Positions 1 to 11,700 of a stretch of DNA of 64,000 nucleotides are shown piece by piece. The notes beneath the pieces were generated by a model. That model saw only the letters and a program-made list of their open reading frames with translations. It did not search any database and was not told the DNA's origin. This stretch comes from Rhina ancylostomus. Its lineage: Eukaryota. The stretch covers positions 42,473,567 through 42,537,566 of the forward strand of contig JARFYF010000022.1 of assembly GCA_030265395.1 (NCBI GenBank), given 5' to 3'. A program made the position numbers and the translations under genes. Every line of letters begins with the position of its first letter. Position 1 is the stretch's first letter.

Positions 1-135
1 TTTCCAGTGGTGAACAGCTCACCCTGACATACCTGGTGAGGTTGTGAAATTAATTTCCTCTTTGTTTGAATCAGTGGATGCTCTCACGTAGGGAGGAGAC
101 AGCTGGAGCCAACTCCTGTCTGGTTCTTCCTGCAG

Positions 136-750
136 ATGACCTGTCTTAGAAGGTTAAGGAGGTTCAGCTTGTCACCAAACATTCGAACAAACTTCTACAG
201 ATGTACTGTTGAAAGTATCCTGACTGGCTGCGTCACGGTCTGGTATGGCAATTTGAATGTGCAGGGACGTAAGAAGCTGCAGAGAATAGTGGACTCAGCC
301 CAATACATCATGGGCACATCCCTCCCCACCACCGAAGGTATCTACATGGAGCTGCCTCAGGAAGGCAGTATCTTTCATCAAAGATCCCCACCATCCGGAC
401 CATGCCATCTTCTCGCAGCTCCCATCGGGCAGGAAGTACAGCAGCCTGAAGTCCCACACCACCAGGTTCAAGAACAGTTGCTTCCCTTCAACCATTCGGT
501 TCTTGAACCAACCTGCACAACCCCAAACACTACCTCAGTATGGCAACACGATGACTGCTTTGCACTACAATGGACTTTTTGTTCTAATTGTGTTCTTTCT
601 TGTATACTTTATATGTATAATTTATGTTTTTCTTGTGTATGTTGTGTCTCTAATGCTATGTATCTCTAATTTGTGATGCTGCTGCAATTGATTTTCATTG
701 CACCTCACCATACATGTACTTGTGGCTCTGACAATAACCTTGACTGGCCC
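136..750 (+). mobile_element. Rex1/Babar-type LINE 3' fragment, decayed
   Basis: LRRLRRFSLSPNIRTNFYRCTVESILTGCVTVWYGN...KKLQRIV is the typical Rex/Babar ORF C-terminus. It frameshifts near 345 and is followed by a T-rich 3'UTR. Confidence 0.8.
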
Positions 751-1369
751 CCTGGGCGCAATGGGCTGACCTCCTCCTGTGAATCTCACTGATGAGCACT
801 TCCATGATCCTGTGAATGATCTTGGGAATTCGTTCTCTCTTCCTTTCAAGCTGAGTCTCCTCCACTGGGGCAATAGTGTGTGTCACATGCATCTGACTGC
901 TATTGGGTGTGTGCCTTTAAGGACTTCTTTAGGATTACGATGCTGTAAATTTTCAGTAGCTGGATTGGGTTGAGTCTGGTCTTAGCAGGAACTGCACAGG
1001 TTCTGTTTCAAGCACTCGTTGCTGGTGCAAACTATCCTAATGTTGCTTTTAATACTTTTGGCCAATTTTGCAATTTTTTTTTGCAGTGCATCTGATTGAG
1101 TGTTCGTACAAGTGTTTTGTCCACCGAAAATAGGAAATATTCAATGTTCAGGCTGTGAATTTGCGGCTGGTGTCATCTGTCTCTCTTCTTGCAAATGTGG
1201 AGGCTTCGGCAGGATGCACTGTGCTCACTCGTCCTCTCACTCGTTCAGAGAAAGGACTTTAAACAAGTTTAAAAAACTTTAAACCCACATTCTCCACCCC
1301 CTTCAGGTCCGGTGAGAGTATCTTAAAAGCTTAATAAGTGGAGGGCAACTGAAGGGTTAAACAGAGTGT

Positions 1370-3860
1370 TGCGTGGTTGATTAGAGGGAGTGAGTACCTG
1401 AGGTAATTGGCAGGGACAAATATAAGGAGGGGTATCTGAAGAGGAGTGGCCAGTGTGTAAGTGGCTCTGGGTAGGTGTGGAGCTTTGTGGCTTTGGCTCA
1501 AGAGGCCTAGGCCTAGGCCTAGGCTGAGGCTGAGGCTACCCCTCCCCCTCCCCCTCCCCCCAGGGAGGTAGGGTTGGTAGTTCCTTTAATTTAATTAATT
1601 TAGGAGTTGGTAATGAAAGCAGCAGTTAGGGCAGCTGAGTGCTCCAAGTGCAGTATGTGGGAAGTCAGCGATGGTGCACTTGTCCCTGATGACTACACCT
1701 GTAAAAAGTGCATCCAGATGCAGCTCCTGACAAACTGAGTTAGGGAGCTGGATGAACTCTGGATTATTTGCGAGGTAGAAATTGATAGGAGTTTCAGGGA
1801 GATAGCCACCCCTAAAAGTCAGGAGGCAGGTAGCTGGGTGACTGTCAGGGAAGGGGTATTGACAGACAGAGCAGAGCAGCCCTGTGGTTGTTTCCCGTCA
1901 ACAATAAATATACTGTTTTGGACACTGCTGGTGGGGATGACCTACCAGGGACAAGTGGCAGTGGTTGCATCTCTGGTACTGAGATGGGACCCTTGGCTCA
2001 GAAAGGCAGGAGGAAAGAGCAGTAGTGATAAGGGATTTGGTAGTGGGATAGGAGGTTCTGTGGGAGAGATTGAGAATCCTGGATGGTCTGTTGCTTCCCT
2101 GGTGCTGGGGTCTGTGATATCTCAGATTGAGCTCTCGATACCCTCAGGAGGGAGGGTGAGCAGCTGGATGTTGTGATCCATGTAGGGACCAATGATGTGG
2201 ATAGGAAAAGGGAGGAGGTCCTGCAAGGAGTTTAGAGAATTAGGTGTGAAGTTGAAGGACAGGACCCCAAGGTTGCACTCTCAGGATTGCTACCTGTGCC
2301 ATGAGCTAGTGTGGCTAGGAATAGGATTATGCAACTAAACATGTGGCTAAGGAAATGGTGCAGGAGGGAGGGCTTCATGTTTCTGGACAATTGGACTTTC
2401 ATCCAGGGAAGATGGGACCTGTTCTGACAGGATGGTTTGCACCTGAACTGGTGGGGGAACAGACATTCTTGTGGGTAGGTTTGCTAGTGCTGCTCTAGGG
2501 AGGGGGAGGGAAGGGGGTTTAAACTAGATTTGCAGGGGTAGAGGAACCAGGAACCAGAGTGTTAGAGCAGGTAGTGAGGTGGAGGAGGAAAAAGGTCATG
2601 TGAGGACTACAGGTATAGACAGAAATCAAAGGTTTGCATGTAATAGAAATGTTCTCGGGTGCATCTATTTCAATGCAAGAAGTATAGTAGGTAAGGCAGG
2701 TAAGTTTAGGGTGTGGGATGATGACATTATTGCTATCAGTGAGACTTGGATGCACGAGGAGCAGGTCTAGCAGCTTAAAGTCCTGGGGTTGTTTCAGACA
2801 TGATAGATGGGGAGGAGTGGTGTTACTAGTCAGGGAAAATATTACAGCTGTGTGTGGACAGGACAGCCTGGAGGGCTTGTCTATAGAGGCCATCTGGGTG
2901 GAGCTGAGGAATAGGAAAGGTGTGGCCACACTAATAGGATTGTATTATAGACTGCCCAATAGCCAAAGAGAATTGGAGGAACAAATCTGTAGTGAGATAG
3001 CAGGCTGATATAAGAAACAAAGTTGTGATAGCAGGGGGATTTTAACTTCCCACAGATTGACTGGGACTCCCATACTGAAAGGGCTGGATGGCTTGGAATT
3101 TGTCAAATGTGTTCAGGGAAGTTCTCCAAATGAATATATAGAGGTACCAACAAGAGGGAATGCAATACTTGATCTCCTATTAGGGAACCAGACAGGTCAG
3201 GTGACAGAAGTATGTGTAGGGGAGTATTTTGGGTCCAGTGACCACAATGTCATTAGTTTCAAATTACTTATGAAGAAGGATAGGTCTGCTCCTCGAGTTG
3301 AGGGTCTAATTTGGAGAAAAGTCAATTTTGTGGAAATGCAGAAGAATCTAGGAAGAGTGGATGGTTGAGTTGCCTTCTGGCAAGGATGTGCTCAGTAAGT
3401 GGAAAACCTTCAAAGGTGAAATTGAGTGCAGAGTTTGCATGTTCCTGCCAGGATTAAAGGCAAAGTTAAAAAGCATAGAGAACCTTGGTTTTCAAGGGGT
3501 ATTGGTGATCTGGTTGAGAAAGAGGTGTATAACAGGTATAGGCAACGATGAACAAATGAGGTACTTGAAAAGTATAGAAAANNNNNNNNNNNNNNNNNNN
3601 NNNNNNNNNNNNNNNNNNNNNNNNNNNNNNNNNNNNNNNNNNNNNNNNNNNNNNNNNNNNNNNNNNNNNNNNNNNNNNNNNAGGCTGCCATCTGACATGG
3701 TAAATGTGGGCTCACTCGAGTGTTAAGAATAAATTGGATGGGAGAGGTCTGGAGGGTTACGGACTAAGTGCAAGTCAATGGGACTAGTGGAATAACATTT
3801 GGACAGACTAGAAGGGCTGAATGGCCTGTTTTCTGTGCTGTAGTGTTCTATGGTTCTAAG
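1370..3860 (+). mobile_element. CR1 LINE retaining 5'UTR, ORF1 (Zn-finger plus SGNH/GDSL esterase) and the ORF2 endonuclease start; gap at 3582-3681, CR1-type 3' tail after the gap
   Basis: ORF1 motifs CSKCSMW, CKKC, VIHVGTND, SGLLPVP and DGLHLN occur in broken frames. ORF2 motifs are CIYFNARSI, IAISETW, GDFNFP, LDLLL and GSSDHN. Tail GGGCTGAATGGCCTGTT...TTCTATGGTTCTA near 3815-3858. Confidence 0.85.
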
Positions 3861-6275
3861 TAAATTCAGTTTGCAGTAACCCATCCCATGATGCATACAC
3901 TGTGGGTTTGAAATGTATCTCCATTTCTTGCACCATGTGACACTTTTCAACTCCAAGAGCACCAAGCCTAACCCTTCTGTACTAGTGTGATATTTCTTGA
4001 CTTCCTACTAAAGCTGTCATGAGAACTTGCACCAATCATTCTGCAGTTTGGCACAGATACAGTTCAGCAGAAAACATTTCTACTTTAGCAGGGAGAAACT
4101 GGTGTAAGGTCATTAAATTTTTTAGGGTTTTTCTAAAAAAAAATATACAAACTTTGGGAGGCAAATTACTGATGTAATTGGGAGAGATTTCTGCTAAGGA
4201 ATGAGAACACTAATTTTGCCAAGAACTGTGAGCATCTTGATGCTTTGGTGATGAGGTCAGTGCTGAACAGACATATCTCTGAGGTCAGATAATCAGAAAA
4301 TGTACTTCATGTCAAAGAGCACTGTCAGTAACTGGAATGCGAAGTAACCCAGCCCCAGTAAACACTCTCAAAAGCCGACAACCTGCAATTTGATTCAATT
4401 TGCTAGGAGTGGTGAGAAAAGCATTTCAAACCTGTTTCATCCATTTTGTGTGTGAAATTGATAGCAATCATATAAAAAGTATTCCTATTGAAATTGAAGA
4501 ATAACCAGAGACACCTGCTGTGCTATAGAGAATGTAGGAATTGGCACCCAGTGAATCAGATGCCAAACCATTGGGATTGCTGAACAATCTTACCACGTAT
4601 CACTGAAATCTTACCATAGTAGTGTGCTGACTTTGACCCTGTTTGCTAGTTACATGCCTTGCATTTAGGCAACCCAAAGTCACACGGACTCTGATCATCA
4701 CGACTCCAAAAAGACACACACTTGTACAGCACCATTAATGAAGTCCTAAAGTTCCTTACAATCTATGAAACATTTCTGTTGCCGTTCAGGAAAAATATGT
4801 GCACCATGAGATCTAACAAACTGCAATGTGACGATGACTGGACAACCTGTGATGGACAAAGCAGTCAATATTGCCCAGCAGGATTGCACTTGCCAGTGCC
4901 TGGGAGCTCCAGGAGAGGCTGCATGTGGTGCTTGATGGAAACCTTGTGAGGTAGAAAACAATTCAGTTTCAGTCCGACTTGTATAATTGACCCATGTTTT
5001 CTCTTCTGTATTAGTGTCAGGTTTTGATTATTAGACAAGCTGTATCTCTTTTCAAAGCCATATCTCTTGCTTTGGGTGGGGTTTGTAGTTGATAGTCTCT
5101 CAGATTGGGACACTTGTCTGATTTCCATTCATCCTGCAACAAATGCAGGATGACCCAACCTTGTTGCTGCCACTGTGGAACTTCCTCGTGCTCCTTCTCG
5201 TCAGAAAAACACAAACTTCTGTTTCCACAAGAAATGCCTCCACTTGATTGTCATGTGGAATTGTAGTGTGTTACCAGGTATGCTGCTGAAGCTCCTACTT
5301 TTTAAAAATTTCATTGAAGCAGTAGAAACAAAATGTGGCACAATCCCAGAAATTGTAGGTGATGGTCTGGGAGCTTGCTTCACCCCCCACAACCAATTAT
5401 AGCCTTCCTGTTCAGGCAGTGTGAATGGGGAAGAAAGGGGAATTTAATAAATGGAGCTTGAGTATCCTTTGCTCAGCATCTCAGTTTTTTCAAACCAGAA
5501 CTATTTATCTGACTTCCTGTTTGTAGTACTTTGATAAGCATTTTCTACAGGCATGTGAATTCTTGGTAAGACTGGCATTTATTGCACTCAAGATGGTGGT
5601 GTGATGAACATCCTTTGCGTCAGTCTGGTGAGGATGCCTCTACGATGCCAATTGGCACAGTTATGGGGAACTGAGGCCCGCGTGGATCACATTGAATGAC
5701 GGGACAGGCTTGAGGGCCCCACTCCTGCTCCTGTTTCTTTGTGTTCTTGTTGTAAGGAGTACCAGTTAAGCTGAAGACAGTACAGCACACATCCATGCCA
5801 GGATGAGGTAAGACAAAGATGAAAGCTTGGTGCTCCCACACACCTGCAGCCCTTATCCCTACTTGCACCAGCTATTTCTTCCTTCCTCTGTGAACAATAT
5901 GCGCCAGAACAGCTGATATGGATCTTGCACAACTACCTTTGATAGATTGAAATGCAATTTCTATTGATGGATTGTATGCTATTTGTTGAACTCACTTGAA
6001 TTTTAATAAATTAGAAAGGTGCTGGACCTGCTCTTGCTTCCCTTTTACAAACGCAAGCTGAATGCACTATTGTACAGTAATCATCAGGACTTCACTGCCA
6101 TCTGGTGGGCATTACTTAAGTTGCAGTGATTTTTCTGTTTGCTTCTGTATTTAAATGGCACATCACAGAAGCATAATCAGAAAAAAGCAATGAATCAAAG
6201 GAGGAGTGGTTAAAACCTTGATCAAAGAAAATGTGTCAGCTTGCTAAAGAGCAATTATCTTCCCTACTCTTTTCT

Positions 6276-6373
6276 CTGTAGTCTATGAGCTTCCTTTTCC
6301 TGGTAACATCACATTTGAAAGCTACTGCAGTTTATGAGCTTCCTTTTCCTGGTAACATCACATTTGAAAGCTA
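6276..6373. repeat. 49-bp tandem duplication (2 copies, 2 mismatches)
   Basis: ctgtagtctatgagcttccttttcctggtaacatcacatttgaaagcta is followed directly by ctgcagtttatgagcttccttttcctggtaacatcacatttgaaagcta. Confidence 0.9.
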
Positions 6374-6499
6374 ATATTGAATTTGCTTCTCGTACTGTTT
6401 CAGTCAGTAAGTTTCAGAAAGGACTTCAATATATGACAACAAGTTCAGGAGGAATTTTACAGAGGTGAGGAAACTAAAGACAGATAATATAAAAAGGCC

Positions 6500-6930
6500 T
6501 GCAAATGATTAAGATGCCATTAAACTGGAAAGAGTGCAGAGGAGATTTATGAGGATGTTGCCGGGACTCAAGGTATTGAGTTAGTGAAAGGTTGAGCAGA
6601 CTAGGACCTTGTTCATTGGAGCAGAGGACAATGAGGGGTGACATTTATAGAAGTGTATAAAATCACGAGGGGCATAGAGGGATTTAATATGAACCTGAGG
6701 GGCAATTTTTTCCCACAAAGAATGGTCCACATGTGGAATGAGCTGCCAGAGGAAGTGGTTGCAGCAGGTCATTAACAGCATAAAAAGACACATGGATAGG
6801 TACAGGTACACGGATAGAAAAGGTTTTGAGGGATATGGCTCAAATGTGGGCAGATGGTACTCGCTTATCTGGGAATCTTGGTGGGTGTGGACCTTTGGCC
6901 AAAGGGCCTGCTTCCTTGCTGTATGATGGA
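6500..6930 (+). mobile_element. CR1 LINE 3' fragment
   Basis: LERVQRRFMRMLPGL...RGDI...LPEEVV motifs followed by a CR1-type 3'UTR (GGCCAAAGGGCCTG...TGCTGTA). Confidence 0.8.
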
Positions 6931-7320
6931 AATCTGAAATAAAAACAGAAAATGCTGGAACCAGCAGATCAAGCAGCATCTGTGGAAAGAGGAATAGTTA
7001 GTTGCAGGTTGAAAACCCTCGGCCAGAACTGGGAAGGAATTTTCTCTCCAGTCAACTCTGCTTCTCTTTCCACAGATGTTGCAGCAGCAATGGGCAAGGC
7101 AGCTAAAGACTCTCCTTTGGTAGGAGAGAGTGCCTGGGTGAACTTGCAAAAGGGGCTAAAGCTGACTGTGCAGAGTTCTCAGGGATGGAGGAAATTATGG
7201 ACACAATGTGGAAACTTAAAAGTGAAAGTACCAAGAACACAGTCAGCAGTTCATTTTCATTGCAATACTAGCCTCCCCTAAATAGTTAAAGGTTTGACAG
7301 TTTAAATCAAAGGTTTAGAA

Positions 7321-7625
7321 TCAGTCATACAGCATAGAAACAGACCCTGGGGCTCACTGTCCATCCAGACTATAAAGCACTCATATAGACTAATTTCATG
7401 TTACTCCCCCACATTCCCATCAACTCCCTGGATTCCATCATTCATCTGTACATGCGTGGCCAATAACCCACCACCAGCATGTCTTTGGAATGTGGGAAGA
7501 AACCTGAGCACCCAGGAGAAATTGATGTGGTCAGAGGGAGAATGTGCAAACTCCACACAGACAGGACTGGCGTGAACCTGGGTTGCTGGAGTGTGAGGTG
7601 GCAGCAGCTCTACTACTTGTGCCAC
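7321..7625 (-). mobile_element. tRNA-derived V-SINE/HE1-like SINE
   Basis: The minus strand has a tRNA-like head (GTGGCACAAGTAGTAGAGCTG), the core TGTGTGGAGTTTGCACATTCTCCC and a CR1-like tail. Confidence 0.8.
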
Positions 7626-8553
7626 TTGTTGCCATTTGTTCACACTGAAAACATTTGTAAAACCAACCAAAAGAATGGAGTTTAGTGGGTGAGAGAGGGG
7701 GAGAAGCATTAAATCTACTGAATGCCTCTGATCACACAGCCAGCCTATTTACTTTTGACCTTTACCTGCTGTTCTTTGTGTTTTGGTCATTTACCTCAGC
7801 AGCTGTTGGTTAACCTCCACTGTGCCATAAGGATGTTCCAATTTCCACAGAAGAGTTAAACAAATAAATTCATTTAGTCATAAAGTCCCAGTCATTCCTG
7901 AATCCAAGATCACAATTGATCTGCAGTTATCATAACTTTGATTCCCGAGACTATCAGGACATCTTATGGTTGCCGAATTAAGTGGCTTTCTTTTTGAGAC
8001 AGTCATGAGGCAGTCATGCATACAATTTACCAGTTGGAATCTGAATCATCTGGGAATTCCTAATTTACATTTAATGTGTGAAGCACATTTTGTCATGACA
8101 CTTCTATGAAATAAATTATACTATTTCATCAGAATGTCAGAAGACAATGATGGTTGTGAAATTTAAATTCTAAACAGAAGGCATTTTCAGTTTTATCAAC
8201 CGGAGGACCAAGTTGCCATTGGTCCAATTGGTTCTTTTTTTAATCTTTCTACAGTGAAGTGACAAGCTACAAATTGTTGGGTCTGAAACAAACATGCTGT
8301 AATTTAAATTAAAAACCATCCTTTGATAACACCAGACTTGCAAGAAGCACACAAGTTCCTACTTCAATATAAAGAAAGACATTTGATTAAATATTGTTTG
8401 GCTTTACAAGATATTTACATGTGTGTACAGTAAGGTAGACTTTCACTTTTCAATTATAGCAGATCAGTAAGTGCAACAAGAAAATGTACTTACAGATTGC
8501 AGATAGACATCTATAGAAATAAGGGGATTCTGTACTTCTAAAAATATATACAT

Positions 8554-8559
8554 TTTATT
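8554..8559 (-). promoter_or_regulatory. Candidate proximal polyadenylation signal (AATAAA) for ATG13
   Basis: tttatt on the + strand about 80 nt downstream of the stop codon. The hexamer is common in AT-rich DNA, so this is weak alone. Confidence 0.3.
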
Positions 8560-8637
8560 TATAGAGGGAAAACAACGTTCAATCTTGGTGCTTGTTGCAG
8601 GTGGTGTTCCTGAAGCTGGAGCAGATATCGTCAATGG

Positions 8638-8715
8638 TTACTGCAGGGTGTCTACAAAGGCATCAAATTCTTCCATATTCTTCTCATAGATTGCCAGCTT
8701 TTCAGGTAAGGAATC
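8638..8715 (-). CDS. ATG13: ATG13 coding exon 17 (last; 78 nt including the stop)
   Basis: [25 protein letters not shown]; CTCTGTCTCAG| acceptor; conserved C-terminal TLQ*. Confidence 0.97.
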   Translation of the reverse strand, partial: DSLPEKLAIYEKNMEEFDAFVDTLQ

Positions 8716-11700
8716 CTGAGACAGAGATAAAATTAATTAAAAAAATGCTCTTCATTGTTTAGGAAAGTTTAGAAAAATATTGCAGACTCTCATTCCTTCT
8801 TATTCTTCAATTGGTAGGACACTCAGCTTTGTATCAAACAAGTGGGATTGGGCCCTGCACTTCAATGTGAGCACCTAATATGCACTGATACTCCAGAACA
8901 ACAATGGAGGAGAGCAACTGTGTTGGGATTGTGTCTTCGGATGAGATGTGTTTGGGTTGATTACAAAACTCTTGGCGTCTCTGAAGGTCAATAAGTTCTC
9001 CAAATGTGTTGGTCAGAACCCTTGCTCAACCAAAACTCATCTCATGACTGCCCAGTTGCTCTGTTCCTTTGTTCTCTTTCCACCAACCACCTGTTTACTC
9101 TCTCCTTAAATGCTGGTATGTAACTGAGATTTTACCAATGTTCTACATAGATTCACAATTATATCTTTGAATTTTATATTCTACGTCTCATTTATGACAT
9201 TTAAGATAGATTTTTTTGTATCATAAATTTGAACTGACGAATCTCTGTAGTTATCCAACCTACCTTTCCCCTACATGGGATATTTTACTCAAATATCCTA
9301 TCTCATTCCTATTTTCATCCACCACTTATTTTTGGCCATGTCACCATCTTGTCCATTTTCTTCTGCAGCTTCATTTGTTTCTCTAAATAAATTACTGTGC
9401 CTTCTATACTGCTAGTATCTGCACACATTTTAATTCTACATTCCAGTCTATGATATACCCAGTTAAATTCGGCAGTCCCCAGACTGGCACCTCAAATCAC
9501 TTCTGATTGTTCTACCCTGTATTGTTCATTATCTCTCATCTTCCAATTATAACCATATTGGGTAATGTATTGTATACCACCTCCTCAACGTCTGTTCAAG
9601 CTGGAAAAAAGAGATTAAAATAAACAGAAATTTAGAAAATGTCACAGGGATAAATGCCTCCTGATTCTTCAACTGGTAGTTTGTATCAAAAATGTGGGAT
9701 CATTCTCCCCATAAACTTGAACAGTGAATCTGGACTGAAGTTCCAGATGATCCCTGGAGTAAGAAAGCTTCAGGATTCACATTTTTTTTGTTTCTTTTCA
9801 ATTTGGCTTTCTATATTGGAAAAGTAATAATTCTCATAGATATCACAATGAATGCTCAAGTAATTCCTCTACGGTTCCTTCAGAAAAACAGTCAGATCTT
9901 ACGTCCCAACATCTGATTCAATCTTTAATACTCATCCACAAGAAGGCAAGTAGCAGTAGAATCAGCCCATTTGACCCCTTGCGTCATTCAAGGAGACACT
10001 TGACCTCAGCACCATTTCTTTCACAAACTCCATATTCCCTTTAATATTAAGGGATTTCAATATTCTGCTGAGCACAGCCCTGAATATACTGTGTCTGAGC
10101 TTCTATAGCCCTCTTGGGTAGAGAATTCAAAAAGGTTCATTATTCTCTGGGTGAAGAAATATGGTTTCATCTGTGTCCTGAAAGCCCAGCCCCAGGAAAA
10201 TGTGGCTCCGGCTCAATACCTCAGCCAGGGAAAACTTCAATTCCAAATCTACTCCATTAAAGCAAAATAAAAATTTTATACATTTCAATGAGATCACCTC
10301 ACATTCTTCTAATCTCAGAGTATCGGCCCTGTCTGCCTAATCTCGCCAACTAGTGCAACCCTTCCAATCCAAGCAATCACTGCACTTCCTCTATTAGATC
10401 CTTCCTTGGGTAAGGAGACCAGGTCTGTACACAACATTACATAATTAGACCAAGATATCTTTATTCTTGCACTCAAATCTTTCTGCAATACATGGCCAAC
10501 AAACTGTTTGCCTTCTTAACATGCAGATACAGCAAGCAATTAACTTTCAGATTTGTATATAAGAATATCCAGGTTCCTCTGAACACCAACACCTTTCAAT
10601 CTCTCATTTAAAACGTACATCACTTTTTTTGATGAAAGTGGTAGAATATGAAAGAGTAACGCTCTTCATTTGCTAAGGAAGTGGCAATGACTGATCAGAT
10701 GCAGTATTTTGGCACCAGGGGATATCGGATATCGGACTGAAACGGTCGCTCATTACATGTGTACTTGGAATGTGAATAGATGGTTGATAATGGAAAGGGA
10801 AAAAGGTGCGTGCCAGTTGATTTCTTTTACTCTTGGAAATCCAAAGGCAAGCAGCTCAAGAGGGTCATTTTCCTCTCAGAGGCTTTGCAAATGCATCAGC
10901 TTTCAGAAATGGTACCAAAATGGTTCAGTTAGGTTTATGTGAAAGACGCTCCCCTTTTGAATGGCTAGACCATCAGTCCAGAAGGGATATTACAGTTAGT
11001 TCCAGATTGGAGCAGCTCAGCATATCAGGTCTGTGACACGTACTCCTTTCTGAGGCCAAATACCAGGTCTGTCTGTCACTTGAATCTACCAGTCATATTA
11101 AGTGCACAAATTCAATTAGATGACTTAAGGAATGTGCCCCACAATAGTCAATTAATTTTATTTGTGAGGGATAGGATGGGGAAAGGGAAAAACACGCAGA
11201 GGGTTCATTTGACCCATTATGACAAATTCCATTGCATAAATAATTCCTTTTAAACAAGGGCAATATGGTAGGGCTGAAAACAAAAATTTGCATAAAGAAA
11301 ATTAAACAGCATTATAGTGTAACACACAAACACTGGAGGAACTCAGCAGTGTAAAAGTATAGCTTTCTGCTATCAGTAATGTGATGCATGAATTTTATAT
11401 AAAAAGGTGAAAATATCATTAAAATACTGATGGAGTAGTTCTTCATTTTTGAACTGTCTTGGCCTTCTGTTGTTGTGTCAGGCTGCTGACAGATGGGTAT
11501 TTGCTATCTCTCCAGCAGGGCCCAATATTGCAATCACAGATGTGAGACCACAGGGTGAAGACGAACACTTGTATTTGCAGTACAAATAGCAGCAGTCAAA
11601 AAGGCAAGTGGCCAAACTCAATGTCCATTATTGGATTTGTACTATATATTCAAATGTTGTTGTTTTAGTGCAATTGCACAACTTTTTTCTTACCAGATCC

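Noticed and set aside
1289-1317. Microexon-like arrangement ...CCCCCTTCAG GTCCG GTGAGA on +
   Set aside because: No host gene was identified on +, and such short motifs occur by chance.
4669-4950. Possible + strand terminal exon of a convergent neighbour such as ARHGAP1 (acceptor-like GCATTTAG at 4668; ORF 4722-4949)
   Set aside because: None of the three frames resembles ARHGAP1 or any protein I recognise, and I found no supporting upstream exons.
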